Origin: a virus
Lineage: Duplodnaviria > Caudoviricetes
Virus record (IMG/VR): IMGVR_UViG_3300021964_009400
DNA: 64,000 nucleotides
Direction: 5' to 3' (one strand)
Position numbers and translations under genes: made by a program. Shown here in pieces: positions 37,802-46,645 of the stretch. Position 1 is the first letter of the stretch. Each line of letters begins with the position of its first letter. Under the pieces are notes generated by a model. That model was not told the DNA's origin. It saw only the letters and a list, made by a program, of their open reading frames with translations, and did no database searches.

Positions 37802-39697
37802 ATGAGAAAGTTACTATCGATATTATTCTTTCTGTTTGTAGCTAATTTTAGTTACTCACAAACTTTCACACAGACATTTGTAGATAGATGTACTGGTGAA
37901 GTACAAGTTGTAACCGCAAACTTCACAAGTGGTTCTGCTATTGTATCGTTTTATAACGAGGCAAAATTATTTACCTATCAACAATACACAAATGGTGAAC
38001 TACATCAATGGTTAGTTCAAAAATATGCATGGTGGACAGCACTATCAGCATGCTCAACTGCACAAAACAATACAACAAACGCAACAAACACGGCGAATAA
38101 CGCAACAAACTCTACAAGTAACACAAGTAGTTCATCCTCGAGTGGTTCAAGTGGTAGTAGTGGAAGTGGTTCGAGTGGTAGTAGTGGAAGTGGTTCGAGT
38201 GGTTCAAGTGGAAGTGGTTCCGATTCAAGTGGAAGTGGTTCATCAGGTGGAGATAGTGGAAGTGGTTCCGATAGTGGTGGAAATGGCTCTGATTCAGGTG
38301 GTAATGGTTCCGATTCTGGTGGAGATAGTGGAAGTGGTTCCGATGGTGGTGGAGACTCTGGTGGAGATAGTGGGGGTTCTGATTCCGATGGTGGAAGTGG
38401 AGACTCTGGTGGAGATGGTTCCGATGGTGGTGATGATGGAAACTCTGGTGGAGATGGTGATGGTTCTGGTGGAGATGATGGTAGTGGAGATGGTGATGGT
38501 GATTCCGGCTCTGGTGATGGTGATGAAGGTAGTGGTGATGGTGATGGAGATGGTGATGGTGGTGATGGAGATGGTGATGGTGATGGTGGTGATGGTGATG
38601 GTGGTGATGGAGATGGTGATGGAGATGGTGATGGAGATGGCGATGGTGATGGAGATGGCGATGGTGATGGAGATGGTGATGGTGGTGATGGAGATGGTGA
38701 TGGAGATGGTGATGGAGATGGCGATGGTGATGGAGATGGCGATGGTGATGGAGATGGAGATGATTCAGATGGTGATGGTGATGATGACTCAGATGGTGAT
38801 GATGATAGTGATGATAGTGATGATTCCGATGAAGATTCTGATGAAGAAAGTGAAGAATCAGAGGAAGAAGAAAAAGAAGAAGAATCTGATGAAGAAGAAA
38901 AAGAAGAAGATGAAGAAGAAAGTGATGAGGAAGAGGAAGAAGAAAAAGAAGAAGATGAAGAGGAAGAAGAATCTGATGAAGATTCTGAAGAAGATGAAGA
39001 AGAGGAAGAAGAAAAAGAAAAAAAGTTTTTACCTATTCAATTAAAGGCTGATTTAATGTCAATGCAGGCATTAACATTAGAATATAATCAAATTCTTAAT
39101 ATAGGTGCATCTCAAACATCAATTTTTGGTGATAGAACAAATACAGCCAGTTTAATGATTTGGGATAACTTAAAACAAGCAAGTTTAGGATTAGGAACTT
39201 CAAAAGTAACATTAGATGATAACTACCAAGTATCTTGGGTAGATGGAATAAACCTATCTTATATGAGAAACTATAAAATGAATGCAATATCAACATCAGC
39301 CAGTAGAATGAAACCATTGGGTAAATGGGGAACTGTGGGTGTTGGTATAAATTATTCATATATGTTTGGTAAAGACCAACTTGGGGGAAGATTTCCTAAT
39401 ATGGTATCACTTGGATATAACTTACTTTATACAAATTCATTTCAATTAACAGATAGAATAATGTATGCACCAGCATTAATTGGTGCACAAAACCCTTTAA
39501 GTTATATGGAAGAAATGGCTGGGTTTGAAGCTATGGCAAGTACCTCAAAAGATTTTATTGGTATTTTTGCCAACTCATTTAATGTGCAATTAACACCAAG
39601 ATTTGGGTTCAATGTAGGTTGGACTCTTATTTATAGTAGTAACGAATTTGTTCCTTTGATGAACTCATTTATGATAGGAGCAAAGTTACCCTTTTAA
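37802..39697 (+). CDS. Exported protein with a Ser/Gly-Gly/Asp-Glu low-complexity stalk and a C-terminal beta-barrel-like domain
   Basis: Signal peptide; small Cys-pair domain; ~300-aa low-complexity tract; amphipathic strands ending GAKLPF. Confidence 0.7.
   Translation: MRKLLSILFFLFVANFSYSQTFTQTFVDRCTGEVQVVTANFTSGSAIVSFYNEAKLFTYQQYTNGELHQWLVQKYAWWTALSACSTAQNNTTNATNTANNATNSTSNTSSSSSSGSSGSSGSGSSGSSGSGSSGSSGSGSDSSGSGSSGGDSGSGSDSGGNGSDSGGNGSDSGGDSGSGSDGGGDSGGDSGGSDSDGGSGDSGGDGSDGGDDGNSGGDGDGSGGDDGSGDGDGDSGSGDGDEGSGDGDGDGDGGDGDGDGDGGDGDGGDGDGDGDGDGDGDGDGDGDGDGDGDGGDGDGDGDGDGDGDGDGDGDGDGDGDDSDGDGDDDSDGDDDSDDSDDSDEDSDEESEESEEEEKEEESDEEEKEEDEEESDEEEEEEKEEDEEEEESDEDSEEDEEEEEEKEKKFLPIQLKADLMSMQALTLEYNQILNIGASQTSIFGDRTNTASLMIWDNLKQASLGLGTSKVTLDDNYQVSWVDGINLSYMRNYKMNAISTSASRMKPLGKWGTVGVGINYSYMFGKDQLGGRFPNMVSLGYNLLYTNSFQLTDRIMYAPALIGAQNPLSYMEEMAGFEAMASTSKDFIGIFANSFNVQLTPRFGFNVGWTLIYSSNEFVPLMNSFMIGAKLPF
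38120..39022 (+). repeat. Coding tandem/low-complexity repeats
   Basis: AGTGGT/TCAAGT units, then (GGNGAT)n, then GAA-rich runs. Confidence 0.85.
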
Positions 39698-39709
39698 GGA
39701 GAAAAAAAT

Positions 39710-40246
39710 ATGAAAAAGATAGATTGGAAATTAATAGGAATGGGAGTATTTATAGGAACAACAATATGGTTGTTTACAAATCCCAAAATTCAAGAAGTAG
39801 AAAAAATTAAAGAAATAGAAGTTATTCAGACTGTTGTAGATAGTATCTATATAGAAAAACTTGTAGAGAAAAAAGTATTTGTACCAAAGTATATTACAAA
39901 AGAAGTAGAAAAACAAGTTGAAGTAATCAAAGAAGTAATCGTAGAAAAACCAGTTGAAGTAATTAAAACAGTTTATGTAGATAAACCTTATGAAACAATT
40001 GTTGATAGATATGTATTACCAGAACCTAAATGGTATTTAGGATTTGGATACAAGTTTGATAATAATAATTATTTTAGTGGAACTGATATAAAACTTTTAA
40101 GAAAATTTAAAAGTGATAAAATGTTTTCTTTAGATGTTGGTTTAAGAAATGATTTATTAGATGCTGAAACTGGTGTGAGTAAATTATATCCATATGTTGG
40201 AGCATCAATTTACTTCAGATTAGATAAACCAAATACTAATTTTTAA
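39710..40246 (+). CDS. Membrane-anchored protein with V/E/K repeats and C-terminal beta-strands (spanin-like or small outer-membrane protein)
   Basis: N-terminal TM; EVEKIKE...IVEKPVEVIKTVYVDKP; WYLGFGY...PYVGASIYFRL. Confidence 0.45.
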   Translation: MKKIDWKLIGMGVFIGTTIWLFTNPKIQEVEKIKEIEVIQTVVDSIYIEKLVEKKVFVPKYITKEVEKQVEVIKEVIVEKPVEVIKTVYVDKPYETIVDRYVLPEPKWYLGFGYKFDNNNYFSGTDIKLLRKFKSDKMFSLDVGLRNDLLDAETGVSKLYPYVGASIYFRLDKPNTNF

Positions 40247-42867
40247 TGAAAAAACTTCTTTACATACTATTACTTTTACCCACTTTAGTTTTAGGACAAT
40301 TAGGTGGACCAACTTCATCAGATGTTTCTGATGGTGAAGGTGCGGCAACTTTGGTATGGTTAGGAACTCCATCAAACTCAAGTGAATCGATTTCTAATAT
40401 CAGACCTGGTGATACAATCGTAATGGGGATTAAGATTCACAACTACAAAAATAATAACCCAATAACTTATGCTCACATTGATGTTCAGTATGATAAAAGA
40501 AAATACACAAAAATAAGTCATGTATTTAGTTCATCTGCAAGTGGAACTTCACACTTCATGGGTGATAATCTTTCAATAACTTGGACAAATAGTTATGACC
40601 ACTATGATATATGGAGTCAATGGTCTCGTGGTGGTAGTTATGGAAGTAATTCTAATTATTGGGTTGACCATTATCAAGCAACTGCAACTAATAATGATTT
40701 AGCATCTCTTGATTGGTATGTAAAAGTAAATCTATTAGTAAAAGATTATAATGAAGATTTAGATTATACAGATGGTATTATTGTAACAATGGGTCAAATG
40801 ACAGAAAGTAATGGTACTTCTTATGACCCAATGTATGCATATGAGTACCAAGATTTCTCTTATGCTCCACTACAAGCTGCACCAACATTCTCTTCAGCAG
40901 TTAGTGATGGACAAGATGCAGTAATTTACAAATCATTTAAAATAAACGATTATGATTCAAATGGTGGTCAATCAGAATATAATGCTCATCCTCAGAGTTC
41001 ATCTGATTTTGATGCTATGTTTGATTATGCAAATAAGAAAACTACTGAGTGGACACATTATGGTAGAGAAACTGCAACAAAGGCATTTACTTGGCCATGG
41101 AGTAATATCTTACCAAGACATGCTAATAGTAATTTCGGTTGGGAAATTGAAGCAAAATTTATAGCAGAAGAAACAGGTACATATACATTCCAAGTAAGTT
41201 CAGATGATAGAAGTGATTTCTTTTTTGATTCTAATATAGATGGAAACATGACAAACACTAACTTGGCTTATAATAATGGAGCAAGAACTGTTGATATCGA
41301 TTTAACTGCTGATAATGTTTATTCATTTAGAGTTAGATACGAACAAGGAGTTGGTGGTGCAAATTTATATTTGAAATGGAAAAGACCATCTGATTCTGAT
41401 TATCAATTTAATGAAGATGAAATATGGAGTGTTAGTCCAGCAAGTATTCCTCATAAATTAGATGTAGTTTATAATATCAATGATGATTTAGATAAAAGTA
41501 AATTCAGTTCAAAGTTAGAATATGATAATGGAACAGTAAATGGTACAAAAACTGAATCATTAGGAACGAATGGACAAGTATCATATAATGATGATGATGG
41601 TGGAGTTTATTCTACTCAAGTAAATACTGGTAATAAGAAAGCAAACACAACTGGTGGTTCGGTAGAGTGGATTGTAGTTTATGATTATGATAATACAAAC
41701 AATAGATACAGAGTTGGTATCGATAGTAGAGAATTTACAAACCAACAACCAGATTGGGATACGGTAACTAAATTAAAATTATTTGATTTATGGGATGGTT
41801 CAGTAACACCAAAGAGTGGTAACAACAATGCAGATACTCATTGGAACGAATATTGGATTTATACAGATACAGAACTTGATTGGAGTAATTCAACATTTTC
41901 ATCTTATATTAGAGATGCAAGTGGTTTTTATGGATTAAAAGCAGAAGTTGAATTTGTAGATGTTACAAGTTATGTAAATCACGATTTATTATTAGAAGTT
42001 GATGGAACTTATTATTCAGAACAATATTCAAATGTAGTTACAATACAAGATGTTGCTTTAGCATTTAGTGAACTTACGAGTGGTGGTAGTATAGGACCTA
42101 ACCCAAGTAGTGGTGGTACATTTACAACTGGTATTGAATATGTAGTTTCTGATGTTAATGAAGATGGTAAATTTGATTTTGTAGATACACAATTAATGTT
42201 AGAACATTTATTTGGTGATACAGACCCATTTGAAGGAAATGTATTTGATGATGTTGTAATGTTATTTGAAAGTGATTATAATAGTTGGAGTACAACTGAT
42301 TGGTCAACAGGTGTTCCGAGAGGTAAAACTAAAACTTATGTACCAAGTACATCATTCAGTCAAAGAACACAAAGTAACACTTACAATATTGCATTTTTAG
42401 GTGATGTAAACTTTTCTCATTCTGAAGAACCTACAAACTTAACAACATCAGCACAAGAAATGACAATTGCATATTCATCTACTCGTGGTGTAACACAACA
42501 AAGTAATCATATAAATTTTGATATTATAAGAGAAGGTAATCTAATTAGTTTAGAACTTTCAATTCCTTCAAATCAGAAAAATATAATTGGTTCACAGTTT
42601 AAAATTTATTTTGATAATGATAAAGTTGATTACAAAGAAACAGAATTTTCAAATGAATCTATTCCAAATTTTGCAACTGATAGAACTAATTATGTAAACA
42701 TTGGTTCATTTAGTTCAGATGGTTCTAAAAATTTAAATGGAGGTATAACTTATAAATTAAATTTCGAACTTAAATCTGATTTACAATCAACATTAGGATT
42801 ATTTGGAATTAGATTTTGGGAATTGGTAGATAAAGATAATATAAAAGTAGAGCTTAAAATAAAATGA
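40246..42867 (+). CDS. Exported cohesin-like / PA14 / dockerin-like / cohesin-like protein B
   Basis: Signal peptide; GDTIVMGI...DVQYD; PA14 motif ETGTYTFQVSSDD...YSFRVRYEQGVGGANLYLKW; VVTIQDV; DVNEDGKFDFVD; LGDVNFSHS; GSQFKIYFD...VNIGSF. Confidence 0.7.
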   Translation: MKKLLYILLLLPTLVLGQLGGPTSSDVSDGEGAATLVWLGTPSNSSESISNIRPGDTIVMGIKIHNYKNNNPITYAHIDVQYDKRKYTKISHVFSSSASGTSHFMGDNLSITWTNSYDHYDIWSQWSRGGSYGSNSNYWVDHYQATATNNDLASLDWYVKVNLLVKDYNEDLDYTDGIIVTMGQMTESNGTSYDPMYAYEYQDFSYAPLQAAPTFSSAVSDGQDAVIYKSFKINDYDSNGGQSEYNAHPQSSSDFDAMFDYANKKTTEWTHYGRETATKAFTWPWSNILPRHANSNFGWEIEAKFIAEETGTYTFQVSSDDRSDFFFDSNIDGNMTNTNLAYNNGARTVDIDLTADNVYSFRVRYEQGVGGANLYLKWKRPSDSDYQFNEDEIWSVSPASIPHKLDVVYNINDDLDKSKFSSKLEYDNGTVNGTKTESLGTNGQVSYNDDDGGVYSTQVNTGNKKANTTGGSVEWIVVYDYDNTNNRYRVGIDSREFTNQQPDWDTVTKLKLFDLWDGSVTPKSGNNNADTHWNEYWIYTDTELDWSNSTFSSYIRDASGFYGLKAEVEFVDVTSYVNHDLLLEVDGTYYSEQYSNVVTIQDVALAFSELTSGGSIGPNPSSGGTFTTGIEYVVSDVNEDGKFDFVDTQLMLEHLFGDTDPFEGNVFDDVVMLFESDYNSWSTTDWSTGVPRGKTKTYVPSTSFSQRTQSNTYNIAFLGDVNFSHSEEPTNLTTSAQEMTIAYSSTRGVTQQSNHINFDIIREGNLISLELSIPSNQKNIIGSQFKIYFDNDKVDYKETEFSNESIPNFATDRTNYVNIGSFSSDGSKNLNGGITYKLNFELKSDLQSTLGLFGIRFWELVDKDNIKVELKIK

Positions 42868-43208
42868 AAAAATTTTTAATATTAATAGTATTGTTATTAC
42901 TTTCTTGTCAAAAAGATGAGTTGATTGAAGTAGAAATTCCTCAATCATATGAACTTATTTTTGATGAAGTAGAATCAACAATACTTGATGGCCAAGATAT
43001 TTCTTTTGAAGTATCTGTTGAAGGAAAATATTTATTATTAATTACAGATATTGAGAAACAATCTGTAATTTCAAAAGAATCATTTTTGTTACCCATTGGT
43101 ATTGTAACTCGTAAAATCTACACAAAATCTTTACCAAAGAAAAAACTACAACTAACTTTAGAAACTTCAACAGAAGTTCTAAAATCTACTTATATTGTTA
43201 TAGAATAA
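42864..43208 (+). CDS. Lipoprotein with a T9SS-CTD-like domain (B), paralog of 36029
   Basis: Lipobox LLLSC; FEVSVEGKYLLLITD...YTKSLP. Confidence 0.55.
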   Translation: MKKFLILIVLLLLSCQKDELIEVEIPQSYELIFDEVESTILDGQDISFEVSVEGKYLLLITDIEKQSVISKESFLLPIGIVTRKIYTKSLPKKKLQLTLETSTEVLKSTYIVIE

Positions 43209-43258
43209 TACTTATTGGTAAGGAAACCTTTTTAAAAACTTTGAGGTTATAAAATAAA

Positions 43259-43471
43259 ATGTCAGCAAAAATAAAACCAAGTACAAAAGAATATATTAAG
43301 GTCAATAATAAAATGACCAATAAATTCAGAATAGTTCATTACACACCTTCTAATATAAAAACAGAGGAACTAATTAAATTATATGATTCACCTTCTTATA
43401 AGAGAAAAAAACATCTTATAAAAATTGAATTAGTGAAACGAGGAGTATGGGAAAACTTAAAGAAAAAATAA
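43259..43471 (+). CDS. Hypothetical protein
   Basis: 70-aa basic ORF. Confidence 0.55.
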   Translation: MSAKIKPSTKEYIKVNNKMTNKFRIVHYTPSNIKTEELIKLYDSPSYKRKKHLIKIELVKRGVWENLKKK

Positions 43472-43632
43472 TAGAAAAAGGAAGTAAGATTGTTGCTAAA
43501 TCTCAATCTAAAAAACAATTAGAAAAAGTTCTACCAAAACCAATTGCAAAACAAGTTGCAAAAAAAATTGGTAAAGGAGTAGAATCACTTACTTCATCTG
43601 CTATCGATTTGTGGAATAAATTCAAGAAGTAA
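43447..43632 (+). CDS. Hypothetical Lys-rich protein
   Basis: 61-aa amphipathic basic ORF. Confidence 0.45.
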   Translation: MGKLKEKIIEKGSKIVAKSQSKKQLEKVLPKPIAKQVAKKIGKGVESLTSSAIDLWNKFKK

Positions 43633-43642
43633 ACTTACCTTA

Positions 43643-43650
43643 TATTTATA
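43643..43650 (+). promoter_or_regulatory. Putative late promoter motif TATTTATA
   Basis: Intergenic, 5 nt before an ATG. Confidence 0.5.
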
Positions 43651-43655
43651 GTAGT

Positions 43656-44300
43656 ATGTTTATATTCACAGAAGAAAATATCGGTAATATTAAGAATGCT
43701 ATCTATACAACAGATGGTATAAAGGATAAACACGCTGAAAGAATTGAGTATGTTAAAACAAAAGGTTTATTCAAAGATTTAGATTTATCAAAATATTTTC
43801 ACAAAAATCCACCAAAAAATACATCAATGAAAACTCTACAAGAGTTATATTGGTTAAGAGATTTACCAGAAGATAAAGAGTTTGTTGAAAAACACGATGA
43901 TGTTAAAGGTGTATTTAAAGAGGTATGTGAAGAACATGGGATAGAGTTTCCAAAAGAATTAGTTAAAGAACTAATTAAATCATGTTCAATGTTGGAACTA
44001 AAATATCATTTCAATAGACCAAGACCTTACCAACTTGCAGATTATTATAATATTAAGTTGGGTGAGAATATACTTGAAAGTATGAAAACCCCTTCTTACC
44101 CTTCTGGTCATGCTGCACAAGGTATTCTAATAGGTAAAGTTTTACAAACAAAATTACCAATCAATACTAATGCATTTATTGAAGCAGGAGAACGAATATC
44201 TTATTCTCGAAACATTGGTGGAGCACATTATCCTTCGGATTCAGAAATGGGTAAAAACATTGGTCATCGAATGTACGAATATATAATTCACAAGATTTAA
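43656..44300 (+). CDS. PAP2 / vanadium haloperoxidase superfamily phosphatase
   Basis: KYHFNRPRP, PSYPSGH, SRNIGGAHYPSD. Confidence 0.88.
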   Translation: MFIFTEENIGNIKNAIYTTDGIKDKHAERIEYVKTKGLFKDLDLSKYFHKNPPKNTSMKTLQELYWLRDLPEDKEFVEKHDDVKGVFKEVCEEHGIEFPKELVKELIKSCSMLELKYHFNRPRPYQLADYYNIKLGENILESMKTPSYPSGHAAQGILIGKVLQTKLPINTNAFIEAGERISYSRNIGGAHYPSDSEMGKNIGHRMYEYIIHKI

Positions 44301-44330
44301 TACTTATATAAAGAAACATTTATATTTATA
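44301..44330 (+). promoter_or_regulatory. Two putative late promoter motifs
   Basis: TACTTATA at 44301 and TATTTATA at 44323; the second is 6 nt before an ATG. Confidence 0.5.
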
Positions 44331-44336
44331 TAGTAT

Positions 44337-45365
44337 ATGGGATGGAGTGATAAATATAAAAAAAGTATAAATTGTAATAATCCCAAAGGTTTTTCACAAA
44401 AAGCACATTGTGCAGGAAGAAAGATTAGGAAAGAAAACATGAAATTATCAGAGTTAAAAAATATAATCAAAGATTTAATTCAAGAAAGAAGTATCAACGC
44501 TATTAGTAAAGCACAAGAAAAAAACGCCACTAGAATAAAAGATACTTTAGAACTTTACAAAAAGGCAAAAGGTGGAAATGATGCTTATAAAAAGAAAAAC
44601 ATTATTAAAGTTTTATATAAACTTAATGATGAAAAGAAAAAATTAGAAAAAGAAATGGATGATAAGATATCATCTTTATATAAAAATGCTGATTACAAAG
44701 GACCGATTGATGAATCAATCGAACTTGGTAAGGTTTATCCTAATCCTTATGCAACTGCATTTAAACCAGAATCTCAAATCAAAGAAGAAGAAAACTCTGT
44801 AAATGAAATGCAGGTTGTAAATAAGAAAACAGGTAAAGATATTACCAGACATGTATTAGATTTGTTAAAGGGTAAAATTGATAAGAAAAAGTTTGAAAAA
44901 CTTACTGGTCTAAAAAAAGAATCAGTAAACGAAAGAATAAATCCAAAGTTCTACGATGCAAGAGTTCAATATATAGACCCTAGAAGTAAGAAAAAGTTTG
45001 TTGGTGATGTAGTTAGATATGATAATGGTGAATACAAAGTTAACTTAGGTAAAGATGGTAGATTTGAAAAATATATCTTGGCAAAAGAAAAAGATTTGAA
45101 AATTGTATCTAAATCTACAAAAAGAACATTTGAATCAGTAAATGAAGAGGCTGATGACCATGAAGTAGGTATGGGATTATCATCTTTAAAATCATCAGTT
45201 CGTTCCGCTAAAATCATTTATGATAATATAAAAAAAAGAAACATTGAAGAATTAGATGGTTGGGTACAAGAAAAATTAACTCTTGCATCTGATTACCTTA
45301 AAAATGTTGCTGATTACATGGAAGATTTAGACGAATACGATAAAGATGGAACAAGTAATAACTGA
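44337..45365 (+). CDS. Putative virion internal polyprotein with repeated SVNE motifs
   Basis: WSDKYKKSINCNNPKGFSQKAHC module; NSVNE, ESVNE, ESVNE; C-terminal WVQEKLTLASDYL module. Confidence 0.55.
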   Translation: MGWSDKYKKSINCNNPKGFSQKAHCAGRKIRKENMKLSELKNIIKDLIQERSINAISKAQEKNATRIKDTLELYKKAKGGNDAYKKKNIIKVLYKLNDEKKKLEKEMDDKISSLYKNADYKGPIDESIELGKVYPNPYATAFKPESQIKEEENSVNEMQVVNKKTGKDITRHVLDLLKGKIDKKKFEKLTGLKKESVNERINPKFYDARVQYIDPRSKKKFVGDVVRYDNGEYKVNLGKDGRFEKYILAKEKDLKIVSKSTKRTFESVNEEADDHEVGMGLSSLKSSVRSAKIIYDNIKKRNIEELDGWVQEKLTLASDYLKNVADYMEDLDEYDKDGTSNN

Positions 45366-45990
45366 AAATCATAATCACCTTATGGAACTATTAGGAGCAT
45401 TTCTAACTGGTGTAGTTGGTCCAGTACTATATCTTATAGTAAGTAAGTATATGGCCAACCACAAAGATAAGAAAAGAGATAAGGTCAGAGAAACCATAGT
45501 AAATACCAATCTCATTAACGATGAGTTAGAAGAAATCAGAGAAGAATTTAAATCAGATAGAGTTTGGATTTCTCAGTTTCACAATGGTGGTAATTTTTAT
45601 CCCACAGGTAAATCAATCCAAAAGTTCTCAATATTCTACGAAGTTACAAAAGCAGGAGTTTCATCAGTATCACACACTTTCAATAATATCCCCACTTCAT
45701 TATATCCAAAAGCATTTGACCATATGTTAAATGGTGAACAAAAAGGAATCTTTATAAATGATTTCTATGACCCGAAAGTTGCAACTTATGGATTAAAAGG
45801 AGCAGCTGAATCAGTAGGAACAAAATCTTCATATGTGATTCCTATGTTTACTTTAGATGAAAAATTTGTAGGTTCACTTGGTTTAGATTATGTAGGTAGA
45901 AAAAGAAAACTTACCAAAAGCGAATGGGAACACCTACAAATTAAAGCAGGTAGAATTGCAGGATATATTTCATCATATTTAGAAAAATAA
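45346..45990 (+). CDS. TM + GAF-like protein, T4 holin T-like
   Basis: Single N-terminal TM; DRVWISQFHNGG; PMFTLDEKFVGSLGLDY...KAGRIAG. Confidence 0.5.
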   Translation: MEQVITENHNHLMELLGAFLTGVVGPVLYLIVSKYMANHKDKKRDKVRETIVNTNLINDELEEIREEFKSDRVWISQFHNGGNFYPTGKSIQKFSIFYEVTKAGVSSVSHTFNNIPTSLYPKAFDHMLNGEQKGIFINDFYDPKVATYGLKGAAESVGTKSSYVIPMFTLDEKFVGSLGLDYVGRKRKLTKSEWEHLQIKAGRIAGYISSYLEK

Positions 45991-46003
45991 TCCAAAAAAG
46001 CCA

Positions 46004-46033
46004 TTGTAGTCTCAACTTTTTTTCGTATATTTA
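46004..46033 (+). promoter_or_regulatory. Bacteroidetes-type promoter
   Basis: TTG-N19-TATATTTA upstream of 46070. Confidence 0.55.
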
Positions 46034-46069
46034 CTATGTAAATAATTAATAACACTTAAAACTTAAACT

Positions 46070-46225
46070 ATGTATTCTTTAGATTGTTCTTTTTTCTCTG
46101 AAACTTTTGACTCGATTGATGAATTAATCAATTATGTAATGATGAATGGTTCAGACCCCAACTACGAAATCACTAAAAATGGAAATTCAACTGGTGAAAT
46201 GGCAATAGATTTAATACAATTTTAA
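46070..46225 (+). CDS. 51-aa hypothetical protein (not in track)
   Basis: MYSLDCSFFSETFDSIDELINYVMMNGSDPNYEITKNGNSTGEMAIDLIQF, after a promoter. Confidence 0.55.
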   Translation: MYSLDCSFFSETFDSIDELINYVMMNGSDPNYEITKNGNSTGEMAIDLIQF

Positions 46226-46226
46226 T

Positions 46227-46619
46227 ATGACATTAAAAGATATAAAAGAAATAGTAAAAGAAGTTTACCCAAAGATTGAAAAGTATTATGGGTATTCAAA
46301 GTTCTTTCCTGAAGTAACTCCTTATATCGAATATGAAACTTCAATCTATGGTAGATTGAGTGGTGAAGAAGATGATGGTTCAATGGGTGAAGAATCACCA
46401 GATGCAGAGTTCGATAGAATTGATAACTCAATTGTTATCTACTATCCTAAAATGAAATCAAAAAAACATATCGTGGAAACTTTAGTTCACGAATACCAAC
46501 ATTATCTACAATCTCCTTTGTGGATGAAAAGATATTACACTATGGGTTATCATTATGGAAATCATCCATATGAGATTGCTGCAACAAAAGAAGAATCTAA
46601 CTATAAAATGTTTATATAA
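46227..46619 (+). CDS. HExxH zinc metallopeptidase-like protein
   Basis: TLVHEYQHYLQ and a downstream HPYE...A. Confidence 0.65.
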   Translation: MTLKDIKEIVKEVYPKIEKYYGYSKFFPEVTPYIEYETSIYGRLSGEEDDGSMGEESPDAEFDRIDNSIVIYYPKMKSKKHIVETLVHEYQHYLQSPLWMKRYYTMGYHYGNHPYEIAATKEESNYKMFI

Positions 46620-46631
46620 AACATTACAAAC

Positions 46632-46639
46632 TATTTATA
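46632..46639 (+). promoter_or_regulatory. Putative late promoter motif TATTTATA
   Basis: 6 nt before the ATG at 46646. Confidence 0.5.
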
Positions 46640-46645
46640 CAAGAT

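Noticed and set aside
38400-38800. Collagen-like triple helix
   Set aside because: The repeat is mainly a GD dipeptide, not Gly-X-Y, and has no Pro.
38025-39044. 339-aa alternative-frame ORF of MVM/VVE repeats
   Set aside because: It is a shadow of the GGNGAT and GAA repeats of 37802..39697, which lack stops in that frame; it has no independent start signals.
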